This document shows, piece by piece, positions 53,767-62,763 of a stretch of 64,000 nt of DNA; within the stretch, counting starts at the first letter, position 1; each line of letters begins with the position of its first letter. Below the pieces are notes generated by a model. That model saw only the letters and a list, made by a program, of their open reading frames with translations. It was not told where the DNA came from and did not search any database. The DNA is taken from NCBI RefSeq assembly GCF_016717175.1, contig NZ_JADKFZ010000004.1; one strand, given 5' to 3'. A program made the translations under genes and the position numbers. The stretch comes from Nannocystis sp. (lineage in GTDB: Bacteria > Myxococcota_A > Polyangia > Nannocystales > Nannocystaceae).

Positions 53767-55515
53767 ATGGGGCCGCCTGCGCGCATCCCGCGGCGGCGAG
53801 CAGCCTTGAGTCGGCTCGCCCCTTCGGGGTACTCCTGGCGTGTGCTGACCGTAGTAGTCCATGAGAAGGGCGGCCAAACCCAGCGTTTCTCCTTCAAGGG
53901 CGACAGCTTCTCGATCGGCCGCGAGGATGACAACGACCTCGTGCTCGACCGGGTCAACGTGTCGAAGCACCACCTGCAGTTCGTCAAGGTCGATTCGCGC
54001 GTCGACGTCGTCGACCTCGAGAGCACCAACGGGACCTACCTCAACGGGCGCAAGGTGGCCGCGCCGCGGACCGTGCGGCGCACCGACCGGGTCTACGTGG
54101 GTGACTACATCCTCATGCTCGAGGGCGATGACGCGGTCCTCGCGGTCGCCAGTCGCGAGGGTGAGAAGCGGCGCGGCGGGACCTCGCCGGGCGCGCGCCC
54201 GGGCGAGCTCACGGCCGACGACACCGGCCTCGTGACCTCGGCGCAGCGCGTCGCCGCGGCGGGGATCGAGAGCAGCTACCTCGACGGCCTGGCCGCGCAG
54301 ATCCACCAGACCTTGCTCAAGGCGGTGCCGCGGCTCGACCCGCTGCAGGCCAACGACATCAGCGACGACGAGCGCAAGGAGGTCATCGAGATGGTCGACG
54401 GCGTGCTCGCCGACCTGCGCGACTCGCAGCAGATCGAGGCCACCGTCGACATCGGCCCGTTCCGCGAGCGGGTGCTCCGCGAGGCGCTCGAGTGGGGCCC
54501 GCTCGGCGACCTCATGCGCGACGACAGCGTGCGCGAGATCCAGGTGGTCGGCACCGGACCGCTGCACGTGATCCGCGACGGCGGCGTGCCGGACCGCCTC
54601 GAGCTGCGCTTCACCAGCGACGGCGCCCTCATGCGCGTGATCCAGCGGATGACCCGCAAGCGCGGCCTGCTCGCCGAGGGCTCGCACGTGCTCGAGGGGA
54701 CGATCGACCACGGCTTCTACCTCTACGCCCTGATCCCGCCGCACCCGGCGCGGCAGCTGGTGCTGAGCCTCCGGCGCATGCGCACCGACGCCAACAACCT
54801 GACCGCGCTGGTCCAGGAGGGCGTGCTGAGCCCGGACATGCGCGAGCTGCTGGTGCTGGTGCTGCGGGCCTGTCGACGCGTGCTGGTGTGCGCCTCGGGC
54901 GGGGTCAACCTCGACCGCTTCACCCGCGCGCTGATCGGCGAGATCCCGGACTCGCTGCGCGTCGCCTGCATCTCGGACTCGGGCCGCCTCGGCAACCGCA
55001 AGGGTTGGGTGCAGGTCCGTCGCCTCACCGAGGTCGGGGACAAGATCGACCTCCAGCACGTGCTCAACGTGCTGCTGCGCGGCGGCCTCGATCTGCTCAT
55101 CTCGCAGCAGTGCGGCCACAGCGACGCGGCCGCGGTGATCGACGCGCTGGCCGGGGCGAGCCGCGGCGCGGTGGTCTCGCTGTGGGGCATCAACACGGCG
55201 CACGCGCTGTCGCGGCTGGCCGCCCTCGGCACCGTCTCCGGCGGTGCGGCCCAGGGCCTGACCCTGTCGCTGGCGCACGCGATCGACCTGGTGGTCCGCC
55301 TCAACAGCGGGGTCAGCCTCGAGTCGATGCAGGTGATCGAGATCGTCGAGCCGAACACCCGCGCGGACGGCACGATCGAGTACCGCCCGCTGTTCGTCGC
55401 CGCCAAGGCCGAGGACGGCACCACGGAGTTCAGGAGCACGCCGCACGTGGCCGACTTCCTGCGCCGGCTCGCCGACCAGGGCGCCGAGGTCCCGCAGCGC
55501 CTGCGGAGCCTGTGA
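53767..55515 (+). CDS. FHA-domain protein with degenerate CpaF/VirB11-type secretion ATPase domain (Walker A/B lost)
   Basis: FHA motifs (FSIGREDDNDLVLD...SKHHLQF..STNGTYLNG); CpaF-like core (ALIPPH) but Walker A is ASGGVNLDRFT (no GKT) and Walker B/catalytic Glu region is LISQQCG. Confidence 0.7.
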   Translation: MGPPARIPRRRAALSRLAPSGYSWRVLTVVVHEKGGQTQRFSFKGDSFSIGREDDNDLVLDRVNVSKHHLQFVKVDSRVDVVDLESTNGTYLNGRKVAAPRTVRRTDRVYVGDYILMLEGDDAVLAVASREGEKRRGGTSPGARPGELTADDTGLVTSAQRVAAAGIESSYLDGLAAQIHQTLLKAVPRLDPLQANDISDDERKEVIEMVDGVLADLRDSQQIEATVDIGPFRERVLREALEWGPLGDLMRDDSVREIQVVGTGPLHVIRDGGVPDRLELRFTSDGALMRVIQRMTRKRGLLAEGSHVLEGTIDHGFYLYALIPPHPARQLVLSLRRMRTDANNLTALVQEGVLSPDMRELLVLVLRACRRVLVCASGGVNLDRFTRALIGEIPDSLRVACISDSGRLGNRKGWVQVRRLTEVGDKIDLQHVLNVLLRGGLDLLISQQCGHSDAAAVIDALAGASRGAVVSLWGINTAHALSRLAALGTVSGGAAQGLTLSLAHAIDLVVRLNSGVSLESMQVIEIVEPNTRADGTIEYRPLFVAAKAEDGTTEFRSTPHVADFLRRLADQGAEVPQRLRSL

Positions 55516-56237
55516 TGCCCGTCCTGTCACGCTTGCCGCGAACGTCGCTCGCTGGGGTCTCGCTGTTGCTCGCCTGCGCGAGCAAGCCCGCCGAGGGTGT
55601 GGGGGCCCCGGCCGCGCCGGCGACCGATCACCGGGCCCGTGGGCACCACAAGCACCACCGCTTCGACAACGCCGAGCAGTGGGCGGCCCAGTTCGACAAC
55701 CCGGCGCGCGACGCCTGGCAGCATCCGGAGGCGGTCGTCGCCGCCCTCGCGCTGGCCCCGGACGCGACGGTCGCCGACCTCGGGGCGGGCACCGGCTACT
55801 TCGCCGTGCGCCTGGCCCGGGCCGTCCCACGCGGCCGCGTCTACGCCGAGGACCTCGAGCCCGACATGGTCCGCTACCTCGGTGAGCGAGCGACCCGCGA
55901 GGGCCTCGGCAACCTCGTGGCAGTGCGCGGCGAGCCGGCCGATCCGCGGCTACCGGTGGTGGTCGACGCCGCGATCATGGTCGACACCTACCATCACGTC
56001 GACGATCCGGACCGCTTCTTCGCCGCGCTGCGCGAGCGCCTGCGCCCGGACGGCGCCCTGGTCATCGTCGACTTCAAGAAGGACGCGCCGGACGACGCCC
56101 CCGGGCCGCCCGCGGCGATGCGGATCGCCGACGAGGTGGTGGTCGCTCGCCTCGTCGCGCTCGGCTTCACGCACGTCCGCACCGACCGCGATCTGCTGCC
56201 CTACCAGTACCTGGTCCATCTGCGACGCGGACCTTGA
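55515..56237 (+). CDS. class I SAM-dependent methyltransferase lipoprotein
   Basis: lipobox LLAC; motif I VADLGAGTGYFAV; TGATG overlap with upstream gene. Confidence 0.8.
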   Translation: MPVLSRLPRTSLAGVSLLLACASKPAEGVGAPAAPATDHRARGHHKHHRFDNAEQWAAQFDNPARDAWQHPEAVVAALALAPDATVADLGAGTGYFAVRLARAVPRGRVYAEDLEPDMVRYLGERATREGLGNLVAVRGEPADPRLPVVVDAAIMVDTYHHVDDPDRFFAALRERLRPDGALVIVDFKKDAPDDAPGPPAAMRIADEVVVARLVALGFTHVRTDRDLLPYQYLVHLRRGP

Positions 56238-56256
56238 GCCCCACGTGGACCGCCGG

Positions 56257-56276
56257 CCATGGACTCGAGTCCATGG
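56257..56276. repeat. perfect 20-bp palindrome CCATGGACTCGAGTCCATGG
   Basis: read directly; intergenic after methyltransferase stop. Confidence 0.9.
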
Positions 56277-56349
56277 TCAGGCCCGGATCCCGCGAATTCG
56301 GCCCGCAGCGGCCTCGGCGGGCTGGCGCAGGACTTGCTGAGCGGAGCCC

Positions 56350-57795
56350 ATGACGCGCGCCCACCTGTGTCCTCTGCTCTGCCTCGCGCTCCTCCTGCCC
56401 GCCTGCGGCGACGACGGCAGCGACGAGACCCTGACCGGCTCGACCGCGGCCACCGAAGGCAACTCGAGCTCGCCCACGAGCGGACCGACGCCGACCAGCG
56501 GCGACACCGGCGAGCCGGCGAGTCGGCCCAACTGGCACGAGGACATCGCGCCGGTGGTGGCCGAGCACTGCGGCAGCTGTCACTACGACGGCGGCATTGC
56601 GCCGTTTAGCATGGCGAGCTACGAGGGCGTGAAGCCGTGGGCGCCGGCGATGGCGGCCGACGTCGAGATGGGCATCATGCCGCCGTGGCACGCCCTCGAG
56701 ACCGACGAGTGCACGCCGCCCTTCGCGTTCAAGCACGACGCGCGCCTGAGCGACGATCTCAAGGCGCTGATCAGCGAGTGGTCGGCCAACGGCGCGCCGG
56801 AGGGCGACCCCAAGCTGGCCGCGCCGATCCCCGACGCGCCCTCGCTCGACCTGGTGGGCGCGAACAAGACGGCGTTGATGCAGTCGGAGCTGACGGTGCC
56901 GGCAGCGGGCCAGGTCCGCGACTACTTCAACTGCCTGAGCATCGACCCCGGCAACGCCGGCACCGTGTACCTCGACGGCATCCAGGTCATCGCGGGCAAC
57001 CGCTCGATCGTGCATCACGTGCTGATCTACGTCGACACCAAGGGCGACTCGGCGAAGTGGCCGGGCGGCGTCAAGATGGACTGCGGCGGCGGACCGGGCG
57101 GCGTCGCCGGGGCGCAGTTGGTCGCTGGCTGGGTCCCGGGCGGCATGCCGATCGAGCCGCCGGCCGACGTGGGCACCGAGCTGCCGCCCGGCACGCGCCT
57201 GATCATGAACGTGCACTACCACGCCGCCGCGGCGGCGCAGAAGGACTCGAAGACCGGGCTGGCGCTGCGCTGGAAGGACACGGCCCCGGCGTGGTCGTCG
57301 CTGTTCGTGCTGGTCGGCGACCCCGGCGTCGGCACCTCGCTCGACGGCCCGCTGATGATCCCCGCCGGCGAGAAGGACCACGTCGAGGAGTACTCGTGGA
57401 AGGTCAGCTTCAACGGCAAGGACTTCCCCGACCTCGTCGACGTGCGCCTGTGGGCCGCGCTCAACCACATGCATAAGGTCGGCGTCGACCTCAAGGTGTG
57501 GATCGAGGACCGCGACACCGGCGACGCGACCTGCCTGCTGCAGACGCCGAAGTGGGACTTCAACTGGCAGCGCTCCTATGCCTACGACACGCCGATCGAG
57601 AGCGGCTTCCGCGTCCGCTCCGGCGACACGGTGCGGGTCCGTTGCACCTACGACAACACCCTCGACAACCCCGGGGTCCAGGAGATGCTCGCCGAGGTCG
57701 GCGGCAAGGAGCCGGTCGACGTGGTCCTGGGCGAGGGTACGCTCAACGAGATGTGCATCACCGGCCTCGGCGTAGCGATCAAGGGCGGCCTGTAG
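56350..57795 (+). CDS. lipoprotein with c-type haem motif (CGSCH) and copper type-II monooxygenase-like His clusters
   Basis: lipobox LPAC; CxxCH at N-domain; HHVLIY / NVHYH / NHMH motifs in PHM/DBH-like spacing. Confidence 0.55.
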   Translation: MTRAHLCPLLCLALLLPACGDDGSDETLTGSTAATEGNSSSPTSGPTPTSGDTGEPASRPNWHEDIAPVVAEHCGSCHYDGGIAPFSMASYEGVKPWAPAMAADVEMGIMPPWHALETDECTPPFAFKHDARLSDDLKALISEWSANGAPEGDPKLAAPIPDAPSLDLVGANKTALMQSELTVPAAGQVRDYFNCLSIDPGNAGTVYLDGIQVIAGNRSIVHHVLIYVDTKGDSAKWPGGVKMDCGGGPGGVAGAQLVAGWVPGGMPIEPPADVGTELPPGTRLIMNVHYHAAAAAQKDSKTGLALRWKDTAPAWSSLFVLVGDPGVGTSLDGPLMIPAGEKDHVEEYSWKVSFNGKDFPDLVDVRLWAALNHMHKVGVDLKVWIEDRDTGDATCLLQTPKWDFNWQRSYAYDTPIESGFRVRSGDTVRVRCTYDNTLDNPGVQEMLAEVGGKEPVDVVLGEGTLNEMCITGLGVAIKGGL

Positions 57796-57819
57796 CCCGC
57801 GCCTCGACACGGGGGTCGT

Positions 57820-59658
57820 TCAGATCGCCGGTGTCGGGCTGGCGACCGCGCGCGCGGGCGCGGAGAAGGCGAGCTCGACGAGGCCCGGCAGCGGGGTCGC
57901 CTGCGGGTGCAGCTCCATGCGGCCGAGGCTGCGGTCCATGTCGCGGGCGATCGGTGACAGGCTGCGGCGGCGCTGGCCGCCCTCGGCCACCTGCGCGGCC
58001 AGGCGCTCGGGCGACGGGCGGCGCGGCCATTCGGCCAGGCCGACGGCCGCGGCCAGGTCGGCGCCCTGCGCCGGCCCGAGGGCGGCCAGCGCCCGCAGGA
58101 CCAGCTCGTCGAGCACCTCCTCGGTCCACGCGAGCTTCTCCTGCATGAATGCATGGACCTCGTCGGGGCTCATCTCGCGGGCGAGGTCGAGGTGGAGGTT
58201 GGCGAGGATCGAGGGGATCGTCGGCACCTTCACGTGCACCGGGCGGGGCAGGTCCGCTTCACCCGGGACGGCGCGCCGGGCCCACTGCGAGAGCAGCAGC
58301 TGGGCCCGCCGCTGCAGCGCGCCGAACTGGTCGGCCAGCGCCTCGAAGCGGCCGTGCTCGGCCGCGGGCAGCTTGTAGATGCGGCGAAAGAAGTACTGGC
58401 AGAGGAAGGACCAGTAGGTGAAGTCGTCCCAGTACACCTTCGCAGCCATCACCCGCGGGTTGCCGAGGACCGGCCCCGAGTCGCGGTAGATCTCGATCGT
58501 GGCGGCGAACATCTTGCGGTAGAAGCGATCGAAGCGGTCCGCCATCTCGGCCATCTCGGTGGTGTCGCCGCCGCGCAGGCGGGCCTTGAGCAGCTCCGTG
58601 GTGAACGAGTTGGCGACGGCGATGAAGTCGGAGCCCGGCGAGTAGAAGGGGTCGGCGAACACGCCGGCGTCGCCGATCAGCGACCAGCGGTCGGCCGAGA
58701 AGCAGCGCTTGCTGCCGTGGCTGTAGTGCTTGAGGCACAGGAAGTCCTCGGCCGGCAGGTCCTTGATCTGGGCGTGGCACAGCGGCTCGTGCTTGGCGAC
58801 CCACGCGAGCGAGCGCTCGAAGCTGCGGATCGTGTCGAAGGGGTGAAACTCGTCGTGGACGACGATGCCGATCGAGGTGTGGGCCTCGCCGCCCGGGCCC
58901 GGGGCGAGCGGGATGTACCACAGCCAGTAACCCGTCCCCATGAAGTGCACGGTCGAGTACCAGCGGTTGTGCTCGCGGTCGCGGTTGTGCCACCAGGCCT
59001 CGCTCGCGGGCACGAGGTCGGCGACGTCGACCCGGCCCTTGACCCGCCACCACGCCGCGTTGGCGAGGTGGCCGCTCGGGGTCTTGAGCCCGAGCTTGGT
59101 CTTGAGCAGCGCGCGGCGGCCGGTGGCGTCGACGAACCAGCCCGCGCGCAGGGTGCGGGTCGTGCCGTCGTGGGCCTCGATGTGGACGAGGTGGTCGTCG
59201 GCGCCGTCGCTGGCGAGGGTGACGTCCTTGACGCTGTGGCCCTCGAGCAGGGTGACGCCGTCGGCGACGTTCATGGCCCGCAGGTCGCCCTCGAGGCGGC
59301 CGCGGTCGAGCTGGAACGACGGCACCTTGGCCAGCTCGGGCGGGCCGATCTCGGTGCGCTGCTCGAGCGCCAGCGTGCGCCCGCCGCCGGGATAGAAGCG
59401 CAGGCCGTTCTTGAGGTAGTGGTGCGTGCGCAGGTACGCGTCGAGGCCGAGCACGACGCTGAAGTAGTTCGAGGACAGCTCGACCGAGGACTCGCCGACC
59501 TTGTGCGCCGCCGCCGGCAGCGGCCGGGCCTGACGCTCGATCACGGCGACCCGCGCCTCGGGCAGCTCACGCCGCAGCTGGCGCGCCAGGGCCTGCCCGG
59601 CCAGGCCGCCGCCGCCGATCACGACATCGAAGTGTTCGGGTGCTCGCTCGCTGTGCAT
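57820..59658 (-). CDS. flavin-dependent halogenase (tryptophan-halogenase family)
   Basis: GxGxxG FAD motif (VVIGGGGLAGQ) and the family signature WxWxIP (GTGYWLWYIPL); start at ATG 59658. Confidence 0.75.
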   Translation of the reverse strand: MHSERAPEHFDVVIGGGGLAGQALARQLRRELPEARVAVIERQARPLPAAAHKVGESSVELSSNYFSVVLGLDAYLRTHHYLKNGLRFYPGGGRTLALEQRTEIGPPELAKVPSFQLDRGRLEGDLRAMNVADGVTLLEGHSVKDVTLASDGADDHLVHIEAHDGTTRTLRAGWFVDATGRRALLKTKLGLKTPSGHLANAAWWRVKGRVDVADLVPASEAWWHNRDREHNRWYSTVHFMGTGYWLWYIPLAPGPGGEAHTSIGIVVHDEFHPFDTIRSFERSLAWVAKHEPLCHAQIKDLPAEDFLCLKHYSHGSKRCFSADRWSLIGDAGVFADPFYSPGSDFIAVANSFTTELLKARLRGGDTTEMAEMADRFDRFYRKMFAATIEIYRDSGPVLGNPRVMAAKVYWDDFTYWSFLCQYFFRRIYKLPAAEHGRFEALADQFGALQRRAQLLLSQWARRAVPGEADLPRPVHVKVPTIPSILANLHLDLAREMSPDEVHAFMQEKLAWTEEVLDELVLRALAALGPAQGADLAAAVGLAEWPRRPSPERLAAQVAEGGQRRRSLSPIARDMDRSLGRMELHPQATPLPGLVELAFSAPARAVASPTPAI

Positions 59659-59828
59659 GCCGCAAGTCCTCGCGCCGCGGGCCTCGTCGGCGCGGGCCAA
59701 GGATACGCAAGGTCGCCGCGTTTGCCCGCGCAAAGGTGTGCGTTCGCGCTCTGCGCAGCGCCCGGCCAATCTCCCTCCTGGCGCGCTGGACGTCGCCTCG
59801 CGCCCTCGTTACCATCCCGCACCCAAAA

Positions 59829-60089
59829 ATGACGCGCGCGGAAATTTCTCAGCGGGTGGTCGGCATCCTGGTCAAGACCTTCGAGCTCGACCCCGCCGAC
59901 ATTCACCCCGAATCTCGGCTCTACGAGGACCTCGACCTCGACAGCATCGACGCGGTCGACATGTTCGTCGAGCTGCACGAGATCACCGGGCGACGCATCG
60001 ACCCCGAGGTCGCCCGCAAGATCCGCACGGTCGACGACATCGTCGGCCTCGTCGAGTCCGAGCTGGCGAGCGCAGGCGCGGCATCCTGA
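59829..60089 (+). CDS. acyl carrier protein
   Basis: 86-aa four-helix pattern with phosphopantetheine-attachment DLDLDSIDAVDM motif. Confidence 0.8.
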   Translation: MTRAEISQRVVGILVKTFELDPADIHPESRLYEDLDLDSIDAVDMFVELHEITGRRIDPEVARKIRTVDDIVGLVESELASAGAAS

Positions 60090-60119
60090 GCGCGAGAGCT
60101 CCGCCAGCGCCCGTGCCCC

Positions 60120-60962
60120 GTGCCGAAGTTCCTCCGCATCCTGCTGTCCGCGTCGGCCTTCGCGGCGTTCTTCTTCACCGCCTCGGTGCTGGGTCGCCTG
60201 CTGCTGCCGATCGTGGTCCACTGGCCTGGCTCGCCGGAGCGGCGTCAGGCCCGGCGCCAGCGCCTGCTGCTGCTCTCGTACCGCAGCTTCATCGGCTACA
60301 TGCGGGCGCTGCGGCTGATCCACTTCACCCGGCCCGCGCTGCCCGCCGACCTGCCGCCCCCGGGTCAGCCCTACCTGCTGATCGCCAACCACCCCTCGCT
60401 GATCGACGTGCTGGTGCTGACGAGCCTGCTGCCAGGCCTGACCAGCGTGGCCAAGGCGTCGTGGTTTCGTTCGTGGCTGATGCGACCGCTGCTCGAGTAC
60501 GCCGGCTACATCCCCGGCGCCGACGACCGGGCGCTGCCCGAGGCGAGTGACGGCGAGTCCGGCGAGGACCGCAGCCCGGTGCTGCTGCGGATGGTCGAGC
60601 ACCTGCGCTCGGGTCATCCGCTGCTGGTGTTCCCGGAGGCCTCGCGCTCGCACGAGCGATCGCTGCGCCGGTTCCGTCGCGGCGCGATCGAGGCGGCGAT
60701 CCGCGCCGGCGTGCCGATCGTCCCGGCCTTCATCTCGGTGGTGCCGCCGATGCTGATGAAGCACCAGGCCTGGTACGACGTGCCGGCCCGCGGCGGGCGC
60801 TACACGGTCGAGTTCTTCCCGGTGATCACGACCGCGGGCCAAAGCCTCGACTCGCGCGTGCTGGCGCGGGAGCTGCGGGCCCGCTACGAGCAGCGCCACG
60901 CGCAGATGCTGGCCGAGCGCGACGCCCTCGCGGCCGCGAGCTCGCGCAAGGCGCTGGCCTGA
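60120..60962 (+). CDS. lysophospholipid acyltransferase (PlsC/LPLAT family)
   Basis: N-terminal TM; HX4D motif (ANHPSLIDV) and FPEASRS (FPEGTR-like) motif; GTG start. Confidence 0.8.
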   Translation: MPKFLRILLSASAFAAFFFTASVLGRLLLPIVVHWPGSPERRQARRQRLLLLSYRSFIGYMRALRLIHFTRPALPADLPPPGQPYLLIANHPSLIDVLVLTSLLPGLTSVAKASWFRSWLMRPLLEYAGYIPGADDRALPEASDGESGEDRSPVLLRMVEHLRSGHPLLVFPEASRSHERSLRRFRRGAIEAAIRAGVPIVPAFISVVPPMLMKHQAWYDVPARGGRYTVEFFPVITTAGQSLDSRVLARELRARYEQRHAQMLAERDALAAASSRKALA

Positions 60963-61068
60963 GCCGTAACCTGAGCCGTGGCCTCGAGCTGTGCGCCCGA
61001 GCTGTGCGTCTTTGCCGGGGCCGCGGATCGCGTTGACATTGCCGACGCGCTCCGCGAGCCTCCACCCC

Positions 61069-62460
61069 ATGAGCGAGCGCTTCGATGTCGTGATCGTGGG
61101 GGCCGGGCTCTCGGGGGTCGGCGCGGCGTGCCATCTGAGGCGCTCGTGCCCGGGCAAGTCCTTCGTGCTGCTCGAGGGCCGCGAGGCGATCGGCGGCACC
61201 TGGGACCTGTTTCGTTACCCGGGGATCCGCTCCGACTCGGACATGTACACCTTCGGCTACGCGTTCGAGCCGTGGAAGGGGGACAAGGCGCTGGCCGACG
61301 GCCCGGCGATCCGCGCCTATGTGCAGGCCACGGCCCGCAAGTACGACGTCGACACGCAGGTGCGCTTCGGCCACCGCGTGACGCGGCTGTCGTGGTCGAG
61401 CGTCGACGCCGAGTGGACGATCGAGGTGACCCGCAGCGACGGCAGCAGCGCCCGCTTCACCGCCGGCTTCGTGTGGATGTGCACCGGCTACTACCGCTAC
61501 GACGCCGGCCACACGCCGGAATTCGCGGGCCGCGAGCGCTTCCGCGGGCGCATCGTCCACCCGCAGCACTGGCCCGAGGACCTCGACTACAGCGGCCAGC
61601 GGGTGGTCGTGATCGGCAGCGGGGCGACGGCGGTGACGCTGGTGCCGGCGATGGCCGGACGCGCCGCGCACGTGACCATGCTGCAGCGCTCGCCGAGCTA
61701 TGTGCTGTCGCGGCCGGCGACCGACGCGGTGGCCCGGGGTCTGCGGCGGGTGCTCCCGGAGCGCGTCGCGTACGCGCTGTCGCGCTGGAAGAACGTGGCC
61801 CTGGCGACGCTGCTGTACCAGCTGTCGCGGCGGCGCCCCGCGGGCATGAAGCGCTTCCTCATCGACCAGGTGCAGCGCGCGCTCGGCCCGGATTACCCCG
61901 TCGATCCGGACTTCACCCCGCGCTACGACCCGTGGGATCAGCGCCTGTGCCTGGTCCCGGAGAACGACCTGTTCGTGGCGATCCGCGAGGGCAAGGCCGA
62001 TGTCGTCACGGACACGGTCGAGTGCTTCACCGAGACGGGGATCCGCCTCGGCTCCGGCGCCGAGCTGCCGGCCGATCTGGTGGTGACCGCGACCGGGCTC
62101 GAGCTGCTGTTCCTCGGCGGCAGCGAGCTGGTGGTCGACGGGCGCACGATCGATGTGGCGGCCGAGATGAGCTTCAAGGGCATGATGCTGAGCGGTGTGC
62201 CCAACCTGGCGTTCACGGTCGGCTACACCAACGCGTCGTGGACGCTGCGCGCTGATCTGGTCGCGGAGCACGTGTGCCGATTGCTGCACCACATGGATCG
62301 GGTCGGGGCGCGCAAGGTGGTGCCGCGGCGCGGCGCCGACCCGGTGCTCACGCCGCTGATGGACCTCAGCTCCGGCTATGTTCAGCGGGCCCTCGATCGC
62401 TTCCCGAAGCAGGGGGCGAAGAACCCGTGGCGGGTCCGCCAGAACTACTTCGCGGACTAG
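61069..62460 (+). CDS. flavin-containing (class B, FMO/BVMO-like) monooxygenase
   Basis: FAD GAGLSG, GGTW, NADPH GxGxxA (VIGSGATA) motifs. Confidence 0.85.
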   Translation: MSERFDVVIVGAGLSGVGAACHLRRSCPGKSFVLLEGREAIGGTWDLFRYPGIRSDSDMYTFGYAFEPWKGDKALADGPAIRAYVQATARKYDVDTQVRFGHRVTRLSWSSVDAEWTIEVTRSDGSSARFTAGFVWMCTGYYRYDAGHTPEFAGRERFRGRIVHPQHWPEDLDYSGQRVVVIGSGATAVTLVPAMAGRAAHVTMLQRSPSYVLSRPATDAVARGLRRVLPERVAYALSRWKNVALATLLYQLSRRRPAGMKRFLIDQVQRALGPDYPVDPDFTPRYDPWDQRLCLVPENDLFVAIREGKADVVTDTVECFTETGIRLGSGAELPADLVVTATGLELLFLGGSELVVDGRTIDVAAEMSFKGMMLSGVPNLAFTVGYTNASWTLRADLVAEHVCRLLHHMDRVGARKVVPRRGADPVLTPLMDLSSGYVQRALDRFPKQGAKNPWRVRQNYFAD

Positions 62461-62546
62461 CGCGGAGGACGTCGCACGGGTCGGTGCGGTCCGGCTGGGC
62501 GTCCGCGGAGGCTCGAGAAGCCGGATGTCCGAGAGGGGGGTCGCCC

Positions 62547-62713
62547 TCAAACACGGCCTGACACACCGTCGCCGGGGTGATATCCGGGTCTACGCCGGAC
62601 TCGGTCGACCCCCCTCTCGGCCCTCCGGCAAGTGAAGCCTCCGCTCAAGGACGGTGCGGTCGGCCTCGCCGAAAGCCGGACCGCACCGGCCCTGAGGGCG
62701 CGACATGGCTGCA
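62547..62713. repeat. left copy of ~170-bp inverted repeat flanking the Cys-rich gene
   Basis: reverse complement of 63832-64000 at ~92% identity; contains GGTGCGGTC...GACCGCACC hairpin. Confidence 0.85.
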
Positions 62714-62763
62714 TAGACATGTCCCTTACGACATGCGGCCCGTGGCCCGCGGTTGGAATCACG

